Origin: Candidatus Gastranaerophilales bacterium
GTDB taxonomy: Bacteria > Cyanobacteriota > Vampirovibrionia > Gastranaerophilales > Gastranaerophilaceae
Direction of reading: 5' to 3'
Assembly (NCBI GenBank): GCA_944326605.1
Contig: CALVEM010000005.1
Location: 20,447 to 84,446, forward strand
DNA length: 64,000 bases
Below the pieces are notes generated by a model. It searched no databases, was not told where the DNA came from, and worked only from the letters and a program-made list of their open reading frames with translations. This document shows, piece by piece, positions 10,142 to 19,314 of this stretch (positions are counted from its first letter, which is position 1; each line of letters begins with the position of its first letter). A program made the position numbers and the translations under genes.

Positions 10142-10960
10142 CTAAATATTTTTTAAGATTTCCAATATTAAAGATTTAAATTTTGTTTTTGCATTATTTG
10201 CAGCTTCAATAACTTCTTCATGGGAAAGTTTGCTGCCCTTATCAGAACTCGCTGCATTTGTAATACAGCTTATGCCAAGGACATTCAGTCCGCAGTAATT
10301 TGCAACTATTGCCTCGGGAACGGTTGACATACCGACGGCATCGCCGCCTAGTTTGCGTATCATATTGATTTCTGCCGGAGTTTCATAAGAAGGACCTGAA
10401 TTTGCCCAGTACACACCCTCTTTTATATCTATATTTAAATCATTAGCGCATTTTTTTGCAAGGTTGATGAGATTTTTTTTGTAAACATCGGTCATATCAG
10501 GAAATCTTTCACCCATTGTCTCATCATTTGCACCTATCAAAGGATTAGTGCCCATAAAATTTATATGGTCTTTTATTATCATCAAATCAGCAGGTTTAAA
10601 GCTTTCATTGACTGCACCTGCTGCGTTTGTTAAAATAAGCGTTTTTACGCCAAGTGTTTTCATTATCTTAACCGGATAAGTAATTTCCTGCATGGTATGA
10701 CCTTCGTAAAAATGGTTTCTGCCCTGCATCATCAAAACTTTTTTGCCTGAAATATCCGCAAAGACCAATCTCCCTTTATGTCCTTGAACGGTTGATTTTA
10801 CAAAATTCGGGATTTGTGTGTAAGGTATTACATAATCACAGTATTCGTCTGCGAGTTCTCCTAAGCCTGAACCTAAAATAATTCCGATTTCAGGTTCAAA
10901 ATTATTTGTTTTTTCTTTAATAAAATCTACTGTGTTTTGCATAAAAATTATTATTACCAC
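10142..10960 (-). CDS. punA: Purine-nucleoside phosphorylase (trimeric family)
   Basis: GIILGSGLG, GRNHFYEG, GPSYETPAE, VGMSTVPE, ISCITN motifs. Confidence 0.95.
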   Translation of the reverse strand: MVIIIFMQNTVDFIKEKTNNFEPEIGIILGSGLGELADEYCDYVIPYTQIPNFVKSTVQGHKGRLVFADISGKKVLMMQGRNHFYEGHTMQEITYPVKIMKTLGVKTLILTNAAGAVNESFKPADLMIIKDHINFMGTNPLIGANDETMGERFPDMTDVYKKNLINLAKKCANDLNIDIKEGVYWANSGPSYETPAEINMIRKLGGDAVGMSTVPEAIVANYCGLNVLGISCITNAASSDKGSKLSHEEVIEAANNAKTKFKSLILEILKNI

Positions 10961-10970
10961 TTATCTAATT

Positions 10971-11002
10971 AAAAAAGTTAGAGAGAGAACTCTAACTTTT
11001 TT
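10971..11002 (-). terminator. Intrinsic terminator (possibly bidirectional)
   Basis: AAAAAAGTTAGAG-AGAGAA-CTCTAACTTTTTT downstream of rpoZ. Confidence 0.7.
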
Positions 11003-11031
11003 ATATAACCTGTTTGGCTGCGGATGCAGCA

Positions 11032-11274
11032 TTAACCTACCAATCTGTCGTCATCAGCTTCTGCAGCTTTTACCATAATTGCATGTTCGACAGGGTTTTC
11101 TTTTTTGTATGTTGTATCAAAATTTTCCTCAAAATTAAAGTCATCATGAGCTTTTTTAGCCTGATTTTCATCTACAAGTTTTTTTGCAAGTTCAGCAATT
11201 TCGTAAACAAGCTGATATCTGTTATCTGTATTTTCATTTAAGTCCCATGCGACTCTTATTATTTGATCCATCAT
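11032..11274 (-). CDS. rpoZ: RNA polymerase omega subunit, cyanobacterial type
   Basis: NRYQLVYEIAELAKK...NPVEHAI matches the cyanobacterial omega pattern NRYxITVQVANRAKRR...KPVLRAI. Confidence 0.65.
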   Translation of the reverse strand: MMDQIIRVAWDLNENTDNRYQLVYEIAELAKKLVDENQAKKAHDDFNFEENFDTTYKKENPVEHAIMVKAAEADDDRLVG

Positions 11275-11373
11275 AAATTAACAACCTCACTTTTTGTTTC
11301 CATAAATAATAGTATAATACAAAAAATTTTTTGGCAAGTGGCAAAAAATCATGTATTGTTGTATAATCAGCTT

Positions 11374-12012
11374 ATGAAAATTTTTGAAGGTATGCACAAA
11401 TATGTTTGGATAGAATTCGGGGTATGGTTTTTTATATTGTGTGTTGCCGTTGCAGGAATTAGAATTCATCATTATCATAAACAAAAGGAACTGGTTACCT
11501 ATCAGATATTTATGTCTGATGTAGACGGGTTGATTGTTGGTTCGCCGGTAAAATTTATGGGGGTTCAGGTCGGGTATATTGACAGGGTTAAAATTGTGTC
11601 AAATGATGTATATTTAAAGCTCGTAATAACTGAGGACGGGATGGAGATACCTAAAGGATCTGTTGCTACTGTGGAATTTAACGGTATGGGCGGTTCGAAG
11701 TCTTTAGAAATTTATCCGCCGGATGAAGAAAGCCTTGCAACAAATAAATTGATTGTTGTTAAAGAGCCGAAAAGGCTTCATGATTCACTCGGATTGCTGA
11801 ATGATATGTTTGATAAAATCGGTTCTATTACAAGCAGATTATCATTTTTTGCACGAGAAACAAACGGCCCTGATTTGAGCAGCGGCATTCATACCGTCGG
11901 AATTGAAAACAATTTAAATGTTTTAAATAAATGGATAAGAGAATTTAAGGTAAAAAAAGAACATAAAGGAACGGGGAATTATGAACAAAGAAAAAGTCAG
12001 AATAATAAATAA
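11374..12012 (+). CDS. MlaD/MCE family protein
   Basis: GLIVGSPVKFMGVQVGYIDRV...SVATVEFNGMGGSKSLEIYP; start moved to ATG 11374. Confidence 0.85.
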   Translation: MKIFEGMHKYVWIEFGVWFFILCVAVAGIRIHHYHKQKELVTYQIFMSDVDGLIVGSPVKFMGVQVGYIDRVKIVSNDVYLKLVITEDGMEIPKGSVATVEFNGMGGSKSLEIYPPDEESLATNKLIVVKEPKRLHDSLGLLNDMFDKIGSITSRLSFFARETNGPDLSSGIHTVGIENNLNVLNKWIREFKVKKEHKGTGNYEQRKSQNNK

Positions 12013-12631
12013 TCCTGTGGTTTTATTAAATTTGTGCACCATGCGCGACAAAAATACGGATAGTCAGGGGGTTAGAATTGCGACAAGAAAAATAACGAGA
12101 TGTCTTTTATACGAAGCAGCAAAAAATCTTCCGCTTGTTGACAAAGAAATAACCACTCCGTTAACAACATTTACTGCAAAAACGGTTGACCCTAATATTA
12201 ATCTTATAATATCACCGATTTTGCGTGCAGGACTTATATTTACGGATGAAGCTATTGATATTTTGCCGCAGGCGTGCATTAGGCATATAGGAATGTACAG
12301 GGATGAAAAAACTCTGAAACCTGTGTGGTATTATAATAAAGTTCCTATGGAAGCTCCAAATCCAGAAAAATTCTATATTTACATAACTGATCCTATGCTT
12401 GCAACAGGAAATTCTCTGATAGAAGCTATAAAACTTTATGCTGATAAAGGGATTCCGATTGAAAACATAAAAGTAATATGTATAATTGCAGCTCCTCAAG
12501 GGATTGAAAATATTCAAAAACACTATCCTGATATAGAAATCATAACAGCGGCAGTCGATGATCACTTAAATGAAAAAGGTTATATCGTTCCCGGTATGGG
12601 TGATGCCGGAGATAGGATTTTTAATACTTAA
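11981..12631 (+). CDS. upp: Uracil phosphoribosyltransferase
   Basis: PILRAGL, DPMLATGNS, GYIVPGMGDAGDR. Confidence 0.97.
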   Translation: MNKEKVRIINNPVVLLNLCTMRDKNTDSQGVRIATRKITRCLLYEAAKNLPLVDKEITTPLTTFTAKTVDPNINLIISPILRAGLIFTDEAIDILPQACIRHIGMYRDEKTLKPVWYYNKVPMEAPNPEKFYIYITDPMLATGNSLIEAIKLYADKGIPIENIKVICIIAAPQGIENIQKHYPDIEIITAAVDDHLNEKGYIVPGMGDAGDRIFNT

Positions 12632-12633
12632 TA

Positions 12634-12662
12634 TTGAAAAGATTATATATATGTATTATAAT
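12634..12662 (+). promoter_or_regulatory. Sigma-70 promoter of pilin locus A
   Basis: TTGAAA (12634-39)-N17-TATAAT (12657-62); AAAGGAG RBS then ATG 12693. Confidence 0.75.
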
Positions 12663-12692
12663 GCAGGTTATAGTATTCAGAAAGGAGTAGTT

Positions 12693-13915
12693 ATGAAAAG
12701 ATTATTAGAATTAATTGAAAGTTTCGGGGGGGGGGCTTTGTAGGCTCCGCCGGAGGCAAAGAAGCAGCTAGAAGCAAAGATGCTAAGAGGCGAAGATGCG
12801 AAGCAAGTATCATTTACGTCATCCTGAACTCGTTTCAGGATCTATTAACTAGAAACAAAGATGTCAAGAGGCGAAGACGCGAAGCTAATATCAATAATAA
12901 CTTATGTTGCAATTTTCCCAAAATAACTATAAATGAATACCCTTTGCAAAGTGAGCGCTCTCCATTCAGTGAGTGTGCTACGCACGTAGTCCTGTCGAAT
13001 AATTCATGTCAATTCTCACTAAATTATTGTGAGGTTAGTGCTCACCCATCCGGCACGATGTGCCACCTTCTCCCGCACAGGGGAGAAGGAAATGAACTTC
13101 TAAAACACGGAGGTCAATCCGACGTTCATGAGATGCTGAAACAAGTTCAGCATGACATGTTTAACTTTTTGAAACGAACTTATTCACTTATTAACCTATT
13201 TACTTATTCACCTCGTAAAAGCGCAGCATTTACGCTAGCAGAGGTTCTCATCACCCTCGGTATCATCGGTGTTGTTGCCGCTATGACTATGCCTGTTTTA
13301 ATCGGGAATTACAGGAAAAATGTTGTTGAAAATCAATTGAAAACTGTTTATTCATTAATTTCAAATGCTGTAAGAATGGCGGAGATAGATAACGGAGAGG
13401 GGTTTATGTTCGCAGTCGGCGAGGAGTTTGATAATGATAAGAATAATAATTCTTTTGAGCAGAGTGAAGCTGTATTTAATGCATATTTTAGAAGATACTT
13501 TAAGATAATTAAGGATTATCCAAAAAACAATGACATTTTTCTATCACGCGGATTTACTAAAAACAGCACAGCAACTGATGAAACAAATTATGCAAAATGC
13601 GTTCAGTTAGCTAACGGAATTGCATTATGTTTTTTCCCGAAGGGTGGAAATAGGGGACAATTTATTGTTTATTTAAATCCTGATAAGAAAAATAAAATAG
13701 ACGGCCGAGATGTGTTTGCATTTCGTCTGTCAAGAGATAGAGGTGCGTTCTTTCTATCACAAAACCTTGATGTTTCAAGAGAAAAATTAATTGAGGGTTG
13801 TGTAAGTTCAGATCCGCATCCAATAAGTACGGATTTGCTTCGCCCGGATGTATGTACTTTCTTAATAATGCAAAATAATTTTGAAATACCTGATGATTAT
13901 CCGGTAAGTTTTTAA
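12693..13915 (+). CDS. Type IV pilin/pseudopilin-like protein, locus A, frameshifted at G10 (putative phase OFF)
   Basis: ATG 12693 reads MKRLLELIESFGGGAL*; the frame of ORF 12944..13915 is stop-free back to the G tract; G11 or G8 fuses them; AAFTLAEVLITLGIIGVVAAMT at 13223 onward. Confidence 0.85.
12726..12735 (+). repeat. Homopolymer G10 at codons 12-15 of pilin locus A
   Basis: Directly counted. Confidence 0.95.
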
Positions 13916-13934
13916 TAATTATCTTGGATAAAAA

Positions 13935-14891
13935 TTAAATTGAGATTTTTATTTCTCCGACAATTTTGCCGTTAATAGTATTTATACTTTTGTTAAATTC
14001 AATGTCTGCCCAGTGAAGATTTTTCAAAATCTGTAAAACAACCATTTCACGTGCTTTCATATCACAATCTGCAATTTTTACAACAAAAGCTTCTTCATTT
14101 TCTGTATTAACCGCTATGCAAAGTCCGCCCGCGCCGACTTTTGCAATAATTCTTTTGGAATTTTCAATAATTTTGGTATCTGTTCTGTCTTCTCCGCCTA
14201 TTATATAAGGGTGGTTGAGAAAAGCATTTTTAATTTTTTCGTACTCCGGATTACAAAATACATTTAAATAGCCGTGAAGCATATTTGTAAGCGGCATAGA
14301 CATAATAGGGACACCGCAGCCGTCAGTTGTCACCGGATATTCCTTTGCAAGCCGGCAAAGTTTTGTAATTTTTTCTTTTATTGCGAGCTGAAGGGGATGC
14401 TCAGGACTGTCGTAAGTTTTTAAATCCCAATTTTTTAGCTTGCAAAGTCCGAGCATCATAATATGCTTGCCTGAACAGTTATTTTGTAAAATATTTTCAG
14501 CCGTACCTGATATAAGCATACGTGTTTGTTCCGTTTTTGAAAGTGGTTTGTGCAAACCGCATTTTAAATAACTTTCATCCAAACCAATTTTATCAAGAAG
14601 CCGTTTTGCGGTATTTATATGGATTTCTTCCCCTGCATGGGAAGCGCAGCACAGAGCAATTTCCTCCTCTGTCATATCATAAAATTTATCCATCCCGTAA
14701 TCTATAATGAGTGTAGCTTGGAGTGGTTTTGCACATGAGCGCAAATAGAAAGGATAATTTTTTGTATCACCGGTGAAATCAAATGCACGATTTTTGTCTG
14801 AAAGTACAATAAAACCGTAATGTTCCTGTTCAACAAGTCCATCTCTTATATATTCAACTAATAGTTCCGGTTCTGTATTATTGCTGTGCAT
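13935..14891 (-). CDS. L-asparaginase II family protein
   Basis: RSCAKPLQA, CASHAGE, NNCSGKH, DGCGVP, AKVGAGG motifs of the asparaginase II family. Confidence 0.88.
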   Translation of the reverse strand: MHSNNTEPELLVEYIRDGLVEQEHYGFIVLSDKNRAFDFTGDTKNYPFYLRSCAKPLQATLIIDYGMDKFYDMTEEEIALCCASHAGEEIHINTAKRLLDKIGLDESYLKCGLHKPLSKTEQTRMLISGTAENILQNNCSGKHIMMLGLCKLKNWDLKTYDSPEHPLQLAIKEKITKLCRLAKEYPVTTDGCGVPIMSMPLTNMLHGYLNVFCNPEYEKIKNAFLNHPYIIGGEDRTDTKIIENSKRIIAKVGAGGLCIAVNTENEEAFVVKIADCDMKAREMVVLQILKNLHWADIEFNKSINTINGKIVGEIKISI

Positions 14892-15633
14892 TTTTCTTTA
14901 CAAGTTCCAGAAGCTGCAGCATTTTTCGTTTTAATTTAAGGTTTTCATCTTTTAATGCCGCAATTTCTTCTTCATATTTTTGACTGTCATCGGTAAATGT
15001 GGTATCTGTCTGCGGAACGGTATTATAATCAAGAATAAATCTCTTTTTAGCTTCATCTTTTAATATAAGTATAGCCTTAAGATCATTTTCGGTAACCAGA
15101 CCGAGTTCAATCATAATTTCACCAAATCTTTTCGGATTTCCGTTTTCCTGAGCAGTACGATGTGCAAGAATTGCCTGTTGCAGCTGCTCTACAGTAATAA
15201 TTCCTTTTTGCTTAAAATACTCGCCCGTTCTGAATTTTCCTGCTATATATCCTGCCATAGCATGTATTTCAAGCGAGTCTGGTTTTTTTATAAAATTTTG
15301 CTCAAGGCATAATTCATAATATTTTGCAATTTCTTCCATTGAAAGAAATGTATTAACAGAAATTTCAAGCATACTGTATTCATTCAGGCAGCATTGAAGA
15401 AAATTGTAAATATTGTTATCAAGTCCGTACTTTCTTTCTGTTAATTCGGTTTTGCCTTTAAATGTAATGGTCGGGACAAATGTCGCAAAGATATCCTCTT
15501 TATTACCGCGGAGAAAATCTTCACAGGCTTTATCTTTCATTTCATCCGAAAGTTTAATATACATAACCTGTTTGACCCAAAAAGGAACATTGAAAACTTT
15601 ATCCAAAAATAATTCGAAAATATTTTTCTTCAA
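14878..15633 (-). CDS. Hypothetical protein with tandem MshEN-like motifs and C-terminal coiled coil
   Basis: RTGEYFKQKGIITVEQLQQAILAH and RFGEIMIELGLVTENDLKAILILK resemble RLGxxLxxxGxxxxxxLxxxL. Confidence 0.6.
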   Translation of the reverse strand: MKKNIFELFLDKVFNVPFWVKQVMYIKLSDEMKDKACEDFLRGNKEDIFATFVPTITFKGKTELTERKYGLDNNIYNFLQCCLNEYSMLEISVNTFLSMEEIAKYYELCLEQNFIKKPDSLEIHAMAGYIAGKFRTGEYFKQKGIITVEQLQQAILAHRTAQENGNPKRFGEIMIELGLVTENDLKAILILKDEAKKRFILDYNTVPQTDTTFTDDSQKYEEEIAALKDENLKLKRKMLQLLELVKKNAQQ

Positions 15634-15795
15634 ATCAACCTCTCATCGAAATATTCTCTATATTTATTTATTATAACATACCTTAAAAATAATATCAAGA
15701 TGTATTATACAAACGGGTGATTTATTTCTTCTGCTTTATGCTATTGATTTCTGGAAATAAAAATTGTATTATAGGTTTATAACAGGAGATTTAGT

Positions 15796-16992
15796 ATGGA
15801 AAAAGAGATGAAGAAAAAGATTTCAATTGCGATTATCGCAATTATAGGTATTATTACGACGATTAAACTTGCAGTAATTTATTATAATGCAAATTTTAAC
15901 CCGTATGCTCTTTCAAGTTTTTGCTCTGTTAACGATTTTATAGATTGCGACGGTATTGCAAAAACAACGGAAGCCCAATTTTTTGGAATTCCTCTTGCAT
16001 ACTGGGGGTTATTTTTCTATGGTTTCGTATTTTTAATGCTTTTTGCTCCAAAACTTAAAAATTATAAATTATTCAAGTTTATGGAAGTTTTTAAAAATCC
16101 TCTTGATTATCTGGCATCTTTAGGATTGCTTGCATTTTTGATTTCAATGGTATTGCTTTGTTTAAGTTTATTTGAAATTCATAAGCTCTGTGTATTGTGT
16201 GCATTCACATATATTTTAAATTTATTGATAGGATGTATTGCAACGGATTTTAAAAACGGTGGTTTTGTCCATTCTATAAAACAGAGTTTTGTTGATTTCC
16301 TTGATGCTGTTAAAATAAAAAAATATCTTATAGCATTTATAGCTGTAATGGCTGTTGCTGTTGGATTTTTATCTTATACAGGAACAACTTTTGTTTTTGC
16401 TCCGCAGGTAAAACGCCAGCTGGAAATAAAAGAATTTGTACACCCGAATTACAAAAAATATAATGTTAAAGGAAATGTTCTGGGTGATGAAAATGCTAAA
16501 ATAATTATATATGTTTATTCAGATTATCAATGTCCGATATGTCCTGCACAAAATATTATGATGTATAAGCTTGCAAAAGAGATGAAGGGTATTCGGATTA
16601 TACATAAAAATCTTCCTCTGGATACGGATTGCAACCCGTATTTACAGGCTCCTTTTCACAAAGGTTCCTGTATTGATGCAAGATACGCAATCGCAGCAAA
16701 AAATCAGGGTAAATTCTGGGAAATGAACAGTATATTATTCGAGAAAAAGCCGCAGACAGAAGAAGCTATTTTGGAACTTGTAAAAAATAAAGGTTTTGAT
16801 CTGGAAAAACTTCAAGCTGACGCAAATAGTCCTGAAACGGCAGATAAACTGAAAGAAGAAATAAAATATGCTTATTCTAAAGGTATAAACGGTACTCCGA
16901 CAACTGTTATAAATGATAAAGTTGATATTGGAATGAAGCAATACAAAGAATATGTAGAAATGGTGAAAAAACTTGGAGCCGAAGAAAGATAA
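15796..16992 (+). CDS. VKOR family + DsbA-like thioredoxin fusion
   Basis: VKOR cysteines (FCSVNDFIDCDGI, LCVLC) and YSDYQCPICP...INGTPT DsbA domain. Confidence 0.9.
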   Translation: MEKEMKKKISIAIIAIIGIITTIKLAVIYYNANFNPYALSSFCSVNDFIDCDGIAKTTEAQFFGIPLAYWGLFFYGFVFLMLFAPKLKNYKLFKFMEVFKNPLDYLASLGLLAFLISMVLLCLSLFEIHKLCVLCAFTYILNLLIGCIATDFKNGGFVHSIKQSFVDFLDAVKIKKYLIAFIAVMAVAVGFLSYTGTTFVFAPQVKRQLEIKEFVHPNYKKYNVKGNVLGDENAKIIIYVYSDYQCPICPAQNIMMYKLAKEMKGIRIIHKNLPLDTDCNPYLQAPFHKGSCIDARYAIAAKNQGKFWEMNSILFEKKPQTEEAILELVKNKGFDLEKLQADANSPETADKLKEEIKYAYSKGINGTPTTVINDKVDIGMKQYKEYVEMVKKLGAEER

Positions 16993-17518
16993 AATAATAA
17001 TTCATACGTGTTGTGCAATATGTTCAGGATATCCCATATCTTATTTAAAAGATACGGGATATCAGGTTATTGCATATTTTTATAATCCGAACATATTTCC
17101 TGATGAAGAGTATCAAAGGAGACTTGATGCCGAAAAAACATTATGCCGTAATTTAGGTTGTGAACTTATTGAAGAAGTTTACAACCCTGATGAATTTTAT
17201 GCTGCGGCAAAAGGTCTTGAGCAGGAGCCGGAAAAGGGAAAGCGCTGTGACAGATGTTTTGAATTGCGTTTGAGAAAAACCGCGGAATTTGCTCGGAAAA
17301 TGGGAATAAATAAATTTACAACATCAATTGTTATAAGTCCGCATAAAAGTTTTCAAAAACTTTCTGAAATAGGTGCCGATATCGCAAAAGAATACGGCAT
17401 TGAGTATGTCGCAATTGATTTCAAAAAGAAAGACGGATTTTTGAAAACGAATAAAATTGCAAAAGAACTTAATCTCTACAGGCAAAATTATTGCGGCTGC
17501 AAATTCAGTTTGAGATAA
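16973..17518 (+). CDS. queH: Epoxyqueuosine reductase QueH
   Basis: HTCCAICS, YFYNPNI, RCDRCF, YRQNYCGCKFS. Confidence 0.92.
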   Translation: MEPKKDKIIIHTCCAICSGYPISYLKDTGYQVIAYFYNPNIFPDEEYQRRLDAEKTLCRNLGCELIEEVYNPDEFYAAAKGLEQEPEKGKRCDRCFELRLRKTAEFARKMGINKFTTSIVISPHKSFQKLSEIGADIAKEYGIEYVAIDFKKKDGFLKTNKIAKELNLYRQNYCGCKFSLR

Positions 17519-17626
17519 ATCATATATTTACACTATGATAATTCAAAGAAATGTTATATAATGAAATAAACAATAGTTGATTTGCAGAAAAAATTCATTA
17601 AAAAGTATCATAGAGGAATTTATATT

Positions 17627-18640
17627 ATGAATAAAAAGATTGTATGGTTATTGTCAGCTTTTTTAATCCTAACTTCTGTACAGGTTCTGGCAGTCGGAGT
17701 TGACAAACTTGAACCTATCGGGAAAAATAATTCCAGATCGCAGGTCTCAAGAACTTCACGTTATGATGAATTGTCAAGAAGAAGACAGGAGGGTGATGGA
17801 AAAGCTCAGGTAAAATATGAGTTGGATAAAGATACAATATATTATCCTAATGCTAATCTTGACAGTGCAATGGCTAAATATAAAACAGGTAATTATACCG
17901 GATGTCTGCAAGAATTGTTTTCACTGACAAAGAAGGAACCGTCTAACGCTCTTGCATATTATTATATGGCAATGGCATATACTCATATTGACCGTCAGGC
18001 TGATGCTATAGAGGCTTATGAAAAAGTTTTATCACTTAATCCTAATACTTATCTTGTGCAATTTGCAACAAAAGGCAGAGATTGTTTGACCGGCGGACCT
18101 GCATGTCAGGGTGAAAATGACGAAGATATGTCAGATTTGGATAGATTTATTAAAGAACCATACGGGAACGGACTGTCTCCGCAACTTAATCAGGAGGTCA
18201 AGCAGAAACGTTTAACAAATATTAAAGAAACAATTAATAAAAAAGAAAATCTTGAAGATAAAGATATTGAGAAAATAAAAAAATTCGATGACAGATATAA
18301 ATCTTTGAAAGAAGAAACCGTAAAAATTGCTCAGGTTAGCGATGAGGAAGTATTGCAAGCTATTAAAACATTGAAAGATGCCGGTGTTAATGTTACGGTT
18401 CAGCCGGACAATCCTTATTCGCAGATGTCACAATATCAAAATCCGCAGATGGCAGAGATGAGTATGCTGCTCGGCGGCAACAATAATAACGGAAACAATA
18501 TGATGAATATGCTTCCTATGTTGATGAGCCAGGCGCAAAAAGGTGAAAATATTGACCCTCGATTAATGCAGGCTGTTATGATGAATTCTATGATGTCTGA
18601 TTTCAGTTACGCAAACAACAATAACAATGATAACTATTAG
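17627..18640 (+). CDS. Secreted TPR protein with low-complexity Met/Asn C-terminus
   Basis: Signal peptide from ATG 17627 (AGAGG RBS); TPR ALAYYYMAMAY...AIEAYEKVLSLNP. Confidence 0.75.
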   Translation: MNKKIVWLLSAFLILTSVQVLAVGVDKLEPIGKNNSRSQVSRTSRYDELSRRRQEGDGKAQVKYELDKDTIYYPNANLDSAMAKYKTGNYTGCLQELFSLTKKEPSNALAYYYMAMAYTHIDRQADAIEAYEKVLSLNPNTYLVQFATKGRDCLTGGPACQGENDEDMSDLDRFIKEPYGNGLSPQLNQEVKQKRLTNIKETINKKENLEDKDIEKIKKFDDRYKSLKEETVKIAQVSDEEVLQAIKTLKDAGVNVTVQPDNPYSQMSQYQNPQMAEMSMLLGGNNNNGNNMMNMLPMLMSQAQKGENIDPRLMQAVMMNSMMSDFSYANNNNNDNY

Positions 18641-18645
18641 ATTTT

Positions 18646-19245
18646 ATGGCTTTAGATTATGAAACAGCAAAAGAAAAATTGTTGACAAGTTTAGATGAAA
18701 ACTGTCAGCAATTTTTCGTAAAAAACGGATATATTCTGGAAAATGCTTATTATGAGCTTTTGTCGGAAAATCTTGAAAAGGCTAAAAATCTTTTTAATGC
18801 CGTAAAAAACAATGATATAAGGGCACACTGGGCAGCTTTTATGGTATCTTTAATTGAAGGCGATGTCAGAGAGTATCCTTCATATTTTGAACTTAGAAAT
18901 TTTTTGGAAATAGATTTAAATATTTTGCTCACGTATTTTAAAGGTAATTATGTCGAAAATATTATAAGATATGCTGATTTTATGTTTACAATAAACCCGG
19001 AAGTTCATAAATTTATAGGCAGAGTGCTTTATAATAACGGATACCGTGAGCAGGGAATGTTTTTTTTAGACAGAGCTAAAAACTATTTTTACCATGATCC
19101 TGAATTACATTATCTTCTTGCATATATTTATTATTGTGATGAGGATTATCAACGAGCGCAAAAGGCGGCTAATGACTGTCTGTATATTCTTCCTGCTTAT
19201 TTCCCGGCTGTAAGTATGCTAAAAAAATTAAAAGATAAAATTTAA
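18646..19245 (+). CDS. TPR-like hypothetical protein
   Basis: PEVHKFIGRVLY / PELHYLLAYIYY helical repeats. Confidence 0.7.
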   Translation: MALDYETAKEKLLTSLDENCQQFFVKNGYILENAYYELLSENLEKAKNLFNAVKNNDIRAHWAAFMVSLIEGDVREYPSYFELRNFLEIDLNILLTYFKGNYVENIIRYADFMFTINPEVHKFIGRVLYNNGYREQGMFFLDRAKNYFYHDPELHYLLAYIYYCDEDYQRAQKAANDCLYILPAYFPAVSMLKKLKDKI

Positions 19246-19314
19246 TAAATTGCAGGTTTTGATTGTTCGTGCTACGCTTTTAAACAGCCGAATATTTAAC
19301 AGGAGATAAAAGAT

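Noticed and set aside
12944-13915. ORF-track starts (TTG 12944, TTG 24866, ATG 38937, GTG 58773) as the true pilin starts
   Set aside because: They lack evident RBSs, whereas upstream ATGs have an RBS and a promoter and the frame is open back to the homopolymer; low-level internal initiation cannot be excluded.
18470-18640. AAC/AAT runs in the TPR gene as SSR switches
   Set aside because: They are triplet, mixed-codon poly-Asn low-complexity sequence and cannot frameshift.
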